Source: Polymyxa betae A26-41 (Eukaryota > Protista > Endomyxa: Phytomyxea). From it: DNA of 64,000 bases. The notes below the pieces were generated by a model. That model saw only the letters and a program-made list of their open reading frames with translations. It was not told the origin of the DNA and made no database searches. The position numbers were made by a program, and so were the translations under genes. Position 1 is the stretch's first letter. The number at the start of each line of letters is the position of its first letter. The DNA lies in assembly GCA_003693705.1 (NCBI GenBank), contig RBZT01000336.1, positions 1-64,000 on the forward strand, in the 5' to 3' direction. Shown one piece after another: positions 50,624 to 64,000 of this stretch.

Positions 50624-51050
50624 CTCTTTTTTTTTCATTTCACCTGACCGATAAAAACATCAACCAGCGAAGTGATGTTCGCCAAAACGAAATCCATTCG
50701 AGACTATCAAGAACGCTCAGCAGGAGAAAAATGGCCTCTCTGCAGAACCGATGTTGATATAATCGATCAGACATGCAACTAAAGGTGGTCGTGACCGCCG
50801 CAATGCTAAACCGTCCTCCATCATCATGAAAGATTCAATTACTGGATAAGGTGTTCTGTAATTGGGATTTATGGGGTAATTGACAAGAAAATATGGTTTG
50901 GATTGATGTTTTAAAATTCTCATTTCAGAGCTGATTAGAGGGTCGCGCTAGAAAACGACCCAAAAAAATGACCCAACTTAAAAACAAATCCAAAATTCAG
51001 TTTGCTGTTGGGCGCAGCCAAGTTAGTTTCAGTACTGTAGCGGTCTGATC

Positions 51051-52020
51051 ATGTCAATATCTCTGTCGAGAATGTTTGTGCTGCGATATTCACGATCAGT
51101 TCGTTTGTTTGCAAGCCAAGTCTCTGATGGAACGCAGGCGAAAACGTTTCGCGATTATCGCTGGGAAGATGCCAGAGACCGGGGCTCGTTCGCCGACCTG
51201 CAGGAGTACGATGATGCCATGCTGCAGTACTGCCGAACCGATGTTGAATAATCGATCAGATATACAGAAAAGAAAGGTGTCGTGACCGCTGCGATGCCAA
51301 GCCTTCTTCCTCCTAATCATGGGATTATGTTGCCCAACATTCCAGGTCGCCTCTCTGATCTCCATTCGGTTCGCGGGCTGAAATGATTTCTCGTAGTGCG
51401 GGATATCAGCGATTCATTCGGCAAACAAGCTGATCTATCAGAAACAGCTCTAAACAAAGTCTGTTTGATAGGGCTTTCGTTTCGCGAATCTGGTCGTGCT
51501 GCCCTTCAGACTTGGTTGAAGCCATTCGCATTGCAGAATCAAGATGATCGTCATCAGGTTAGCTCAGAATCTGCTTCCATCTTCGCAGCTGTCTGCGTGC
51601 ATTTGCTAATCGCTAATCGGATCTTTTCCAGTATGTAGAATTAGCCATTGTAGAGAGCACTCTGCATAGGCTGCTGGTTCGCAATCTATTCCGAAAGTCG
51701 GTCCATTCAGTATTGAAAGCTGCTCGGCATCCCGGACTGCCAACCAAACACTTGTTCTGTTTCGACGACATCATCCAGCAATTAAATCAGTTGGAGATTC
51801 GCAACAGACTCGCCGGTATGCGAACACGCTTTCCATGCGGAGAAAGGCTAATTCGCGTTTTTCAGGTTATATCTTTCTTGTTGATGGTAAAGGCCGAATA
51901 AGGTGGCGAGCTTCGGGGGAATTTCATTCCGATAAATACCCGAATTTTGAGAGCTACGTTGCTACCCTTCATGACGAACTGAGGAGAAGCGATATAACCC
52001 AGCGAGCACTGGATTCGTGA
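51051..52020 (+). CDS. ATP10: Mitochondrial ATP synthase assembly factor ATP10, multi-exon
   Basis: Arg/Ser-rich presequence; GLSFRESGRAALQTWLKPF; LEIRNRLAG|YIFLVDGKGRIRWRASG. Confidence 0.8.
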
Positions 52021-52070
52021 AGATAATCAAAAAGGATAATAATAATATTATATTACAGAATTGGGCTCTA

Positions 52071-55000
52071 TCAATTCATATCATCATCAGATAAATTAGT
52101 TGAGATCATCCGTGCTGAGCTCTGCGCTGCAGAGGTTGAATCTGCATCGATCGAGATGCAATGTGTGATGGCGTACAACAGACGACGATGCAGAATCTGC
52201 TTGGACGTGTACCGTGGCAGCTCGATTGAGAAGAAGCAAGTGTGCGATATTGGCAGATAAGTATCCGGATCCTGCCTTGCTCTGGGCATATTCGAGATCT
52301 TGAATTTACAATCGAAATCGTTAACGTTCACAGGCAGCCTCGATCTTCCCCAGACGAATTTCAGAAAGTCGCTCCTCTGGGCGTCGTCAAACCTATTAGG
52401 ATTCGCTTTCAATAGAGTACACCTGATATAGCGGTGGGACGTACAGATCCGATAGGACTTCCCAGAACGCACAGATATGCGGATCAGAAGGCGAACACCA
52501 TTCATATTGTGTCATGGACTTTAACAGTTCAACGTCAATATGGGCATGGCCACAGACCTGCCAAAATCAGATTCGTGTCCGTCGAATTATAGTACAGAAT
52601 GCCAAACCTGAAGCTCGAACTCCTTCCATGTGAACAGCGAAAGCATCGGGAATGGGACAATGCTGGAAAGCCCCCTCCGGATCGCATCGCATTGTAAACG
52701 GAACTCGTTTTTTCGAAACTCAGCCAATGCCGCTATGAATTCGTTCTTGTTCTGCCAGGTGACGGGAGTCACGGATCCATCGGGGATCAAATCTACCTGT
52801 AAGGGCGGGCTCTGAATCTCGATCTTTTGCTTCCAGAAACAATGCAATTACCTCTTGCCCGTCGCTTCCACTTACTGAGAATGTCATCGACAGGATCTCT
52901 TCGAAATCCTCAGCAGTGATCTGATCGTCCGCTTCCATCCTTCGAATATTCGTGATGACACGAAATGCCACGGCGTCGATCTCGACAACGTCTTCGTCGG
53001 AAATTGTCTCCGATACGAGCGATTTCCACCTGATATTGAATCAGTCCAAGTTCTCCAATTTGTGAGATGACTTATTACACAATCGATGGCAAATTCAGGT
53101 TCAGTAGGTTCCTGCTTCTAATTGCAATACCCATCAGCTTCCCGACGAATTCATACATGGAGATGTGCAATGGCAACGTCGAGGCAGGGTTGGGTACGAA
53201 TTTGTCTTGATTGAAGCCGATTCTCGATCTCTGATTCGGACATGGAATAAACAATGGCAAATAACTCGACTGAAGTTCTTCACACAACAAATCGAGGCAA
53301 TTCCGATAAGGCCCTCCATAATCGTCTGAAAATTCCCCTTGGAAAACGGTCTGCAGAAATTGTTAGATTTGAAAACCAGAATAGGAAGAAAGCAAAAATA
53401 GACCTTCCAAGCACGTTCCTCCCGTCTGAGACGAAGAATCGACGGGTTGAGATGATGGACCTGATGAAAGACCTGCCCGAAACAAGTTTTCGTTCCCTTC
53501 ATGTCGACTCTGTGATGCTCTTTCCACGAAGACGCTGAAAACCGATTCACAGAGACCTTCAAATCTCGTGACATTCCGACAACTTGTACATCGCTTGCTG
53601 TGCGGTTTAATACCTCAAACCAGAGCGCGTTCTTCGTTATCGGGAAGATCAAACCACGAGCTCTCCTCAACATACAGGATAATTCCGATTCTTCGTCAGT
53701 TCGAGAGAGGTTGATCAGAGGCATCGCCGAAGCGATCACATCGTTGAGCTGATAGAGAATGGCGCAACGAATATGAATCGAATTCAGATGACGATGGCTG
53801 AGGCGTTCGAAAGAAATCAGCTGATCCTGGGTCGGCATTAATTGGGGAATTGGATGTGATGAAGGCCAAGAGGCCAAAATGCGATTCAGACATAAAATAA
53901 GCTCCAAATCGCATTCCATATCGAATTCGACTCCGTTTCTTTGCACTTGTTCCACTAAGTTCTCAACGTTTTGTACTTCGCGACACCGGTTCAGGGATTC
54001 CATGACGTAATCTGAAAATATCGGCGGCCAGGCCGATCTTTTATGGCGATCGGGCTCGAGGAAGACTCGCAGCAGCTCACGAAGCTCGGAAAACTGTTGA
54101 TACCATAATGGCGTATTCGGTAATGGGAGGGTGTTCGGCTGGTCAAGAAGCAGGACCAGCTCGAGTAATGCCTGAAAGAAACTCGGGAATATCCTGTTAT
54201 CTTTAAATCGATCGTGCATGACGAAAAGCTGCTTCTTCAAAAACGCCGATTTGCTTTCATCGAAAGCGACTCCAGTTTTCACAAGATGTGACAGAACTAA
54301 AAGGAACTGCAGCCTCGGTTGTCCTCTCGTGATCGATAACATTTTTAGGACGACGTTGATCACAGACGGACATAGTAAATATTTGGTCACGAACTCTTGG
54401 GAGTTCAAATCAGAGAGCGACATTGCACGGCGATGCGTTCGGACAAAGATGTCGAGGTACCAAAGCCCGATTTCGTGATTGGGATTGTCGAGAGCCATCT
54501 GTTCGTTTTCAATGTTGATATTGGGCTTCAGGCAGAAACCGATTAAATGCACCAGACAATCATGGACAAGAAATCTGCTCAATTCAGGGATGGCGGATCG
54601 ATTACCAGATGAAGCCCAGGCTCCCATCTCCTTATTCAACAAATGAATCGCCAATTCCTTCAAAACTGATAACGCATCTTGCAGATGCATAAACGCGGTT
54701 AATCGCAGAAACTTGGCGAAGAATTCCAGGCCGCCAATATGCTGGAGCGAGAACGAGTCGTAGGCACCTCCGTCGACAAGATGTCGAATTATACCAAGGA
54801 CGGCATGACGAGAGTATGCGACGGTTAGCTTGGAATCAAGTCGAACCATCTCCGATACGACCTTTGCCCCAGATAGCGTCGTATCAGAAGCTGCAGAGCT
54901 ATCAGATGTGTCCGAAGTGGGCGTCGTGCTGGCCTCTTGCCATCCTTCAGCGGAAGATGCCAATATCCGATAGGCGGGATTCTCCAGAATGACGGATTCG

Positions 55001-58000
55001 TCGTCTGCAATGGTGAAATCTTTGAACGGCTCGTGGTTGTGTTTAGAAACAGAACTGGAAGAAGTCGGCAGGTAGAAGCTGTCTCCTTTCATTAGATGAG
55101 ACAGCGCCGATATGTAATCACCGTCATGGGATTGCAAAGCTTCCGAGCAGTCGCCGAATGGGATCCCCATAATGTTCAAACAATAGGCGTCTTCATGGAG
55201 TTTGTTCATTGCGTCCTCCTTTCGTAAAAGCGCTTCATTGTTCAGAATCCATTTACAAGCATGATATCGGTGAAATCTGCAGCGATACATAGCGCGGTGC
55301 ACCCAGGATGGCGGAAACCCGATCTGTTGCAAAGTACCGGAAATACTGGAAACCAATGCTGAGCTGATTATCGGGTCCGACGCACTGCCTGATTAGAAAT
55401 AATTTCAGTTTGGGGTAGTACGCTTATAGAAGAAACTAACCAAGGTCAGTGATATCTCGGATCGTCAGACAAGATTTGTGAACTTCGACAAAGCGAACAG
55501 AAACGGTAGTGTTTTCGCGGTCTCTTGGAGGAAGGAAAATCAGCCCTTGCTTAAGGTAAATCGGATTGATGCAGTTAAGAGCTCCCGATAGAAAGCCATT
55601 GATGAAAATTGAGATCCGGTTTGAGGGGTCGTTCTCTGACGTAATCACAATTCGGTTCCATAAATGGCGATCAACGGGAGAGATCTGAGGCGGTTCAGCA
55701 GCCATCGAATTCCACACGATCAAACACTTTACATCGGTTGACGACTCTGAGATCTGAAATCGCCCATCTCGGGTCCAGATGACATGGGCTGACGGATCGT
55801 CCAAGGTTGAAAATAATGCAACGTCTTCATCAGAATGGATTTTGATTTCCATTACAACGGTGAACGGAGTGTTTTCTACATTCCAGGGGTTCGTCCAATG
55901 TAAAGCTGAGTTGCCGGGTAATGTTATAAAGAACCCTTTCTGAACAGAGTTAAATATTTGTAAATCAAAAAATGACGCTTACATCGTCTTGCATAAATTC
56001 GTACGGTCCTTCTACTGAGATTTTGCTCCTGCCGATCATTGTCCTAATTGGTTCTACACGATTAATATCAAGAATCGAATCTGGACCGGGCGAGAAGTCG
56101 ACAAGCCGCCAGCTCTGGCGATGGACTTCGTCAATCTGAAGATCCGATATCACAAAAGCCATGCCGCTATTGACAACCGATACAATCTAAGCAAAGGTTT
56201 GAAAATGGGATAACCATCGCAGTCAAATGGTATTACCTGCCCAGTTGTCAAAGGAACATCCCACAGTGCCAGGTCTCGTATTGACCCCTTTATAGGACCG
56301 ACACTGAGGTTCGATATAGTGAACTGGACCTGAAAGATTGATCATTATTTCCCAAAATGAGAAATGATTGCAGTGCATTACCTCGTCGAATGTTTTAGAC
56401 CAAACCGACGCACCACCGACGAACAATTCTACAATTTTTCCATTTCCAACAATGATGATGTTGTGCCAATCTCCATCATTCAGATCCACTTGAGCTTCGC
56501 AGAGGTCGGAATCAAACGATAGCATAAGTCGGCCATCATTCAAAGACACCTAGTCGAATCAGGAATGATTCACAGAGTGCCAAAAGTTGAAGCCATGACA
56601 TACTTTGAAATCGTGATCACCGCTGGATAATGATAAAAGCGTCGTGACGCTTTTGCCGGACAAATTGACACAAACGGATAACGACAAAGATGACAGGTTC
56701 AGTTCCACAGCCTCGATATCCAACAATATCTTATCGATGAAGGCTTCGTCAGAAGCAACGGCCTGTTCAGAAGAGTTTCGTGCTGGCAAGATATCAGATC
56801 CAATAAAATGCCAAGCGTTGCGTTTTACTTTCAAATACAGCCGACCGGCCAAACACGAACTCGTTGATAAAGCCATCAGGCGAAACAAAGCTTTGGTGAT
56901 CTCCACAGAAATGCAACCTTAAAGGATACCTAAACACAACTCAGTACATTGACCAGATCATATCCACCAGTATTCCTACAATGGTAATGGCGTTAGGCCT
57001 GAATGTTGCAGCATGGGCTTGCTGGGGACGGTTCGAGGTATTTGCGACGACAGAAGAAAGGTGCATTTATCACCACAACAGACAGCCCCGAACACCATTC
57101 CGAGTGGCGTATCCTTAATCAGCTGAGGCTCATGGATCTGAACCATTCATTAACCATACAGATAGATGCAGTTTTACAAAGAAGAAAGATTCCAAAAGTA
57201 AAGCGGTAATCTATTTCAGGAAAACATTTGAAAATGGTATGATAACAGTGTGAGATTGAAAAGATAGCTGAAGGTAATACTGACAGCAGTGGCGATGTCG
57301 GTGCCTGCATGAGCTCCTCCGGATCCGAACACCCAGATCTGTCCCCGGGCAGTCACAACAATTGTATGGTCTTGGCCGCCATCAGCCCAGACACATTTCT
57401 CTGTTCTCAGAGCGCCCTCGACCAGGGTTGGAACGCTGGCGGGCGACACCGTCCCATGACCCAGCATGCCACAGTTGCCATGGCCCCAGGTGTACAGCTG
57501 AAATCGTTAACAAACCGCAACGTTCCTTGATAGGATTACCTTTCCCTCATTGGTTATGGCTAACGAATGATCCCAGCCTGCAGCGATATGTACTACGACT
57601 TCTCCAGCCAGACCATCAACCTGTCGGGGAACCAGTTCTTTCTCATTCGAGCCATGACCGCAAACGGGACGGTTGCCTTCATAGCCAGCTCCCCAGGAAT
57701 ATCTGAAACTCCATTAGAATTACATCGCTTTCATGAAAGCAACGTACAGTCTGCCATCCGCTGTCACCGCCATGGAATGCTCCCAACCGCCTGCTATTAA
57801 GACAAACTGCAATGATTCGGCAGATTTAACCAATTTGGGTGTGGAAAGCTTCTGAGTTGTTCCATGACCAAGCTGCCCAAAAACATTCTTTCCCCACGTA
57901 AACCTACAGAGCTAAGTAATCGAGACGCTGCTCTACGAGTAAAACGTACAGTTTTCCATTGCACGTAATAGCTAAAACATGCGACCCACCAGCACTAACT

Positions 58001-61000
58001 TTAGAGACAACATTATCCTCGAGATCGCCCTTCACACGAATCGGGGTCATTTGTGAAGGAAATGCTCCAATACCAATCTAACAAAGGATTAGCTAATTTT
58101 AAACACATTTTTTTTCTTAAGACACCTGTCCATTGGCATTACTTCCGAACCCCCACAGTGATCCGTTTTCATCCAGGACGAAAGAGAAATTAAGACCAGC
58201 ACAAACCTGACCAGCTTACATAATTTACATCACATCGAGCAGGTCACCACGAACCTGAACGCATCTGGTGCCCTCCATCGCTTTAATGAGCCGGGGTGAA
58301 CTTTCAGGAGTAGTTCCGCCATGACCGAGTCTCCCATCGTCGCCCTTAGGCATTGCATGAAACAACCACGATGTCTTCGAATTGGATTTTCGTACCTTTC
58401 CCCAGCTGTATGGAACACCAAGATTGGTCAAAGCAACGATATGAGACGAGAAGCAAGATACAGCAATAACCGCATTATGAACAGGACCAAACACAGGCAC
58501 AAGTGTTGGAACGAATGCCGACGAATTATTGCCCAGGCCAAGGCGGCCGTTATCACCTTTTCCGAATGCGACAATCTGACCACCTGGACCTCCAACAGAC
58601 CTAAGCGGAAAACTAAAAAAGTGAATCGATAAAGCCTGGGAAATTTTATACCTGGACGCAGCATGGGATTTGGGATATTCCAATATCGAGCTGGTTGATT
58701 TGTCGTCGTTTTCCGCATGATCTGACTGCGAGGCAACGCCAGGCTTATACAGATTGCAGAGCCAGAGATACCGAGATTCCAATTTCAAGATACTGTTTAG
58801 AGGTTTCTGAGCAGACGGAGTAACAGCGAGCGCCAGAATAGGAAATAATCCAGGATCTGGGCAAACGATCAATTCCAAGCTAGCAATACGGACAGTCTGG
58901 CCTCTACTTTTTATGACAGAATTTAAGACTTTGCCGTTTTGCAACGTTTGCTGAATTACACGGGAGGCCATGCGTTTGATCTGGAAAGCGCTGAGACAGT
59001 TGACAAAGGAATGGTAGCTCGACATTACCTGGGCTTGCAGGAGCAGTAAGGGCTGGGCCTTTGTATCTTCGTTCAATGACAGAAAATTCATGATTTCAAG
59101 AACAACACCCGAGATGTGGCACATTGTCTCAGGAAGAACATCAACTTCCGAAATTGCTTGGACACGATAAGAAGCCAGTTCGTTAGCATTCTTCACTTCG
59201 AAAGCATCAATGAGTTGGCTTCCTGCATCAATAACCATTCGAAACGGTTTGGAATGGTAAGAGGAGACGACTCCTTCATGAGAAGTTCCATTAGATGAGA
59301 ACAGCACGCGAGAACCTTCACGTAGCGGTTCGATCCAAGCTCCTAAGATATGTAACGCACCGAAACAAAACGCCAACTGTCGGCTTGTGATTGAATCGAG
59401 AACATCCGATTCAGATACGAGTAGTTTTGATTTAACGTCTTGAAAGATGCCCGGAAACGACTGGATAGCCCTCCTAAGAAAATTGCTAATTATTGGAGAC
59501 CAGCTGTCGTCCAGCCACAGGAAACGTATCAAAGCGACCATTTCGCTTGCCGACCACAGCGCAAAATAATTGCAGGGCCCGTTGAGGCTCAGACTGGATT
59601 CGCCAATAAACCCGATAAAGTATTCGATAAGGTCACGACTTTCGGGCACAGTGGCATGGATTATATCCGAGCTAGGTGCCATAAGAGGAAATATCGAGCG
59701 GCAGATACGGAGCGCCAAAGTTCTCGTGATCGGGTTACTTCTAGGGTCGGTCACCATTCTCACAATAACCCGAACCCATTCTGGATGGCAAATTCCACGC
59801 TGAAATGAAGCATCCGAGCAGCATCGTGACAAGACCCAGAGGAACTGATTTGTTAGAAGATCCAATTCTTCGATCGAGCATTCATTAGAGCAGGCATGCC
59901 GGGTGCCGTTCTCACCGAGCTCGGCATGTTCAATAGCAAACCAAGCCACGCTAGCAATCTCCAGCGACATCTGTTAGCCATCTTAACAAAAACCGACAGC
60001 TAGAACAAAAAACGACACCTTTTGTGCACGTGCATTCCAATCACTTGACCGGCGAATAAAAGAATTCCTCCCAACGAGCGATACGGTGCAATTACGAGAA
60101 GAAGCGGCAGCAAAAAATGGGAACGAGACTCCCCGGATTCGATTTCCCTGGATTACATAATTTTTGAAGAAGATTACCGAGTCGGATAGCGTCTGAACGG
60201 TAATCACATCACCACGACCATAAGGCTCGCCGGTCGACAGCACTTCACATCCGTTCAAGATATTCCCTGTAACGGCGTCGTACATGATCGAAGAAGGGTT
60301 GTCGGAAGTATCCATTGCGACGCCGATTTTGAGCTCAGAGAAGTCACTGTCGACATGAGCGAAGAAATGATACCTGATCTCCTCCTCAGAGAACACAGTT
60401 GCAGAAATGTCACCAAAAATTGCGGTTGTTGGCTCCATCACGTTATCGCCAAACAGAATCACCGATGGCGCCTGCTGCCAATAGTATGTAGAATTATCTT
60501 CGCGACCTTGAAATTTGGCGATGGATTCCAATCTCTTCAGTTGGTCAATTTTCAGACTGGCAGCGGACTTGCTCGGGTGTGTGGGCAAGGCATCGCTTTC
60601 CAGAACGATCGCATTAGGCTTTCGATGAGCATCGCAGATTGCGCAGATATCCAAAGCCGACTTATTCAGAAATGTGCAACGATGGCACGGCCAAAGAGCG
60701 AAAGGTTTTTCTTTGGATCCTGAAGGTGACCCGCAAGCCAAGCAATGCTCAGCAGATCTATCGTTTAGAAATGTGCACGCTTTACAGCTCCAGCTGTCGG
60801 CACAGGCGAGCAACGGCTGAAAAAACGCTTCATCTTCAAAATTCGTTGTTGACAAAACAGTCTGAATGCGCGACTTCTGCAATGATTGAAGTTGACCGAA
60901 GATCACGTCAAGCACTTCCAGCTGAAATGCGTCGAATGATTCAGATGGAGCATCCTGATCATGAGATGGAGTTTTCGCAGAAGAGTAAGCAAATAGACGA

Positions 61001-64000
61001 AAGAGGGACCACGCAGCATAACGTATTTTCCATTTTGAACTGCTTATATGCGTTAGCATCGGTTTGAGAAAACGAACAGCACCGATTTTGTGCAAATGCT
61101 CGATGTCGGCATGATGCAGCTTACAGTTCATCAAATTCATGATGAGCAATGCTTCGGAGGGGCCAGAAAAAGAGGTGATTAGCGTGGAGATGAGACCGTA
61201 ATATGAACTCAACAGCTTATCCTGAAGAAATTTGCCAGCGCATTCGGTACCAGAGATTAGATGGGTAGCTGGATCGGCGATGTCGACAGAGTAACTCGAT
61301 ATAGGGTCGTGGCGACGACAGAGCGATTGACCAAAAAAATGCACCATATCTCGACGGAGATCAGAACAATTGATTGCCTTGAGAGCGCTGTGAAATCGTT
61401 CAATCGCAAAGCAACGAAGTACTGCACGCGAACGATGACGAATAACGGAGCGTATAAGAGCATCCACATCGATGCTTTGATCTTCGATAAACTGTAAGAC
61501 CAGCTTACAGATCTGAGAATCCGGATCTTTGACAGCAGGCCATGATAAGTTTTCGCTTTTATCAGGGCTGACGGCACCGAACTGGTGGTCGTCCTTCAAA
61601 ATGCGCATCGCTTTCAGGGCTCGTCGCATCGTGTTTCGAGATGACGAATTGCCTCGAAGCAGCACAGGGAACAGATGCGACATCGAACCAGAACTTTGTC
61701 GAGTGAGACTCAACAACGAAATCGTCGGCTTTGAGACCGAGATTGATAGAAGGAAATGCGACTTCTTCAAGATTTGGTCAAGAATCGCGTTCCTCTCATA
61801 TCCCTTTGAGCAAAAATGTCATTTGATATTAAGCGTGCATACAGACGAGACATACTTGCCCAAACCTCGTAGCAAAGATGCCTTCCATCTCGTTCGATTT
61901 ACGCCACAGTCGAAGAATGCAATCATCGGGACGGATTATAGGTGTTTCCATGGCATATCCGATTGCCTACAACAGATGGGTGTAAGCGAATTTCTTCAAA
62001 ACAAAATTGATGATTGCCTGATCGATCTTGGCTGTATGTTTCAGTAAAACAGCAAACACCACGCGAGTTGCCAATTCAGCCAGCGGTTTGATGCTTTTTG
62101 GTATGGGAAATGTGAAACTCGCGAATGTATTCAATTTCCTAATAAGAATCGCTCCGCGCCCTGTGTTGCTTTCAATCTGTTTAAGGAACTCCATTTCGTC
62201 TGGCTATTTGAGCGTGAGTACCAAAAAGTCATTATACGATCGTCTTACATCAGCAGAGTGATAGGGCGCAGCAGGACTCTGAACTGGAATATCAGCAACG
62301 GTGATGCTATCGACAAATTTTCTGGATGACGGATCCAAGCTTTCAAAACTGCCATTGATTAAACCGGCTTCTAGCCAATAACGACTCCCAGTCTAAGATT
62401 ATCTCGTCAATGCACAGCAAATCCAAATTGTATACGAGTACCTCTTCTTCTGTGATGCCAAACCCGTCCAGGACGGCACCAGCAAGATTCCCACAGAGGA
62501 TGGCAGCATAACGTGCTAGTTCATGTAACCACGCGAATGGCGTGCACTTCGTTGTCGCCACAATCTGATAGGATCCAGATTATTGTCCGAGTGCGAGTAA
62601 AACTGTGCAGAAAAGGACCTTGAGACCGTAACCCCAACTAGGAGGATTTGACGATCGTGCATGAATACAAACTGTCAACGATGATGCCGCTGGCTTGATT
62701 GGTAGCTTCGGGCCGTGCCATCGCTCTTCGCAGAAATACCCGATTTTTTGCTTCGTGGACCCTTCTCCGAAATAAACTTCAACGACATCGAGCTGATCGG
62801 TGGTCCGAGATCGTGAGTCGAACTTGATTTCAACTGAATTGCATCTGTTGACGGAGTTGGAATGCCATTTTAGACCTAGCAGCCTTCTTACTTTCCAATT
62901 CGAATTACTTGAATAGTAGATGAATTGCCTTGATAGGGATGGGTGCTCTCAACAATCTGCGTCTTTACCGTTTTTCTTGGCATGGACGAAGCCAAAACTG
63001 CACTTCGCAATGACGAAATCGCTCTTAAAAAATCTGTTAATGCATCTGATATATACAAAGAGAAAGAGGCTCGCATCGACAGAGGCAACGTTAAGAGAAA
63101 AACCAGAAGCGGGTGGATCATTCTTAAGAAAAGCCGATCGCACATGAACAGATCGATTTCCGCAAGAACAGAGATTGGGAGTGAATGAGCTTTCTTCAGC
63201 TATAGGATCGAATTAGAATGAAGAAACCGCAAAACAGCCAACGAACCGTTGTGATCGCACCATCGATCCATAATTTGAAATAATCCACTAATTTGGAAAT
63301 CAACATTGAAGCGTTAAACGAGTGAAGGTCGTAACGGGTTCGGTCTGGCTCCAGGAGGTCTAGAATTCTTGATAGAAAACAGGGTTGAAGAACGTTTAAT
63401 GCAAGCGATATGAATTGACTTTCTACTTTCGGCTCCGTTCCATTGATGATTTGTTCGAGCGCAACGTCGAACCGAGTTAGATACTTTCGCGCCATTGTGG
63501 ATAGCAGAACGAGCCCGTTTGCGTCGTTCTCGAGGTCAGAGATGGTGTTTATATGAAGCATGACATCTCTGGCGTATCCAACGGACGCCAATCGTGCATA
63601 AACTAGTTGAATCAGATGCTTTTCAGCAGGGTTCGATTCTGATCGTGGATCATCCTGCGTTTTCAGCATTTGAAGTATGTAGTCGAGCTGGTCCGGAATA
63701 GAAGGGAACAGTAGCTCGAGACCTAAAGCCATGGTACGAGAAGCTTCAAGCTGAACCTCACTGAATATGTTCACTTCCTGGGATTTTTCTTTGATCTCAG
63801 AGAAGATGAGATTGGCCAGAATGGAGCGGATCGCGTCGGAATCGGAGCTGTTAATAGCAGTCTTGATGCGAACTGAGGCAGACATCTGAAATATGTGGGT
63901 TCTCAATATCTTCACCGAGCATAACAGGATTTGACCATAACGAAGGTCTTGAGAGGTAAGAAACCGTTCGTACGCCAGTTTGATAAAAGTCGCAAACAAA
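52071..64000 (-). CDS. Giant HERC-like HECT E3 ubiquitin ligase, 5' end outside the window, many introns
   Basis: HECT (FQGEFSDDYGGPYR, MYEFVGKLMGIAIR, FLKFVWGRSRLP, catalytic LPISHTCFF); RCC1 repeats (GKGDNGRLGLG, GKGDDGRLGHG, AGWDHSLA); two RanBP2 Zn fingers (WSCKACTFLN, WPCHRCTFLN); SPRY-like, LamG-like (LNDGDWHNI), UBA-like (IGFPPSWVHRAM) and VESTHPY modules. Confidence 0.93.

Noticed and set aside
61529-62047. Long antisense ORFs (also 13079-13555, 42379-42822, 60639-61067)
   Set aside because: Shadow frames opposite well-supported genes, with no motifs of their own
1-64000. Stop-codon reassignment or frameshifting to explain fragmented ORFs
   Set aside because: The breaks I examined in conserved genes resolve with canonical GT-AG introns, and TAA, TAG and TGA all serve as terminal stops

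Overview
This window is eukaryotic, not prokaryotic. It is a gene-dense protist chromosome segment with about 27 protein genes, many short (mostly ~40-60 nt) GT-AG introns, short intergenic gaps and two Pol III tRNA genes. Tiny introns plus a chitin synthase, a plant-type vacuolar sorting receptor and COQ9/ATP10 are consistent with a plasmodiophorid or similar SAR protist; this is inference, not a database result. Recognisable genes are TERT, chitin synthase, Hsp110, Phe-tRNA synthetase alpha, FIG4-type SAC phosphatase, Derlin, COQ9, ATP10, MGMT, isochorismatase, a Nudix hydrolase, a GFG-filter K+ channel, an LRR/coiled-coil protein, a VSR, a GT7 galactosyltransferase fusion and a giant RCC1/HECT E3 ligase that runs off the window end. 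The ORF track fragments nearly every gene because of introns, so CDS coordinates are hand-spliced gene spans. The most unusual observations are an initiator-type tRNA-Met with C1:G72 instead of A1:U72, a circularly permuted ATP-grasp ligase, a Zn-finger SDR lacking the catalytic Tyr, a degenerate GT61-like/GT7 fusion, an in-frame candidate intron just before TERT motif C, short tandem duplications in two divergent promoters, and a decayed PIF/Harbinger-type transposase. I found no clear multi-gene novel system, CRISPR array or telomerase RNA.
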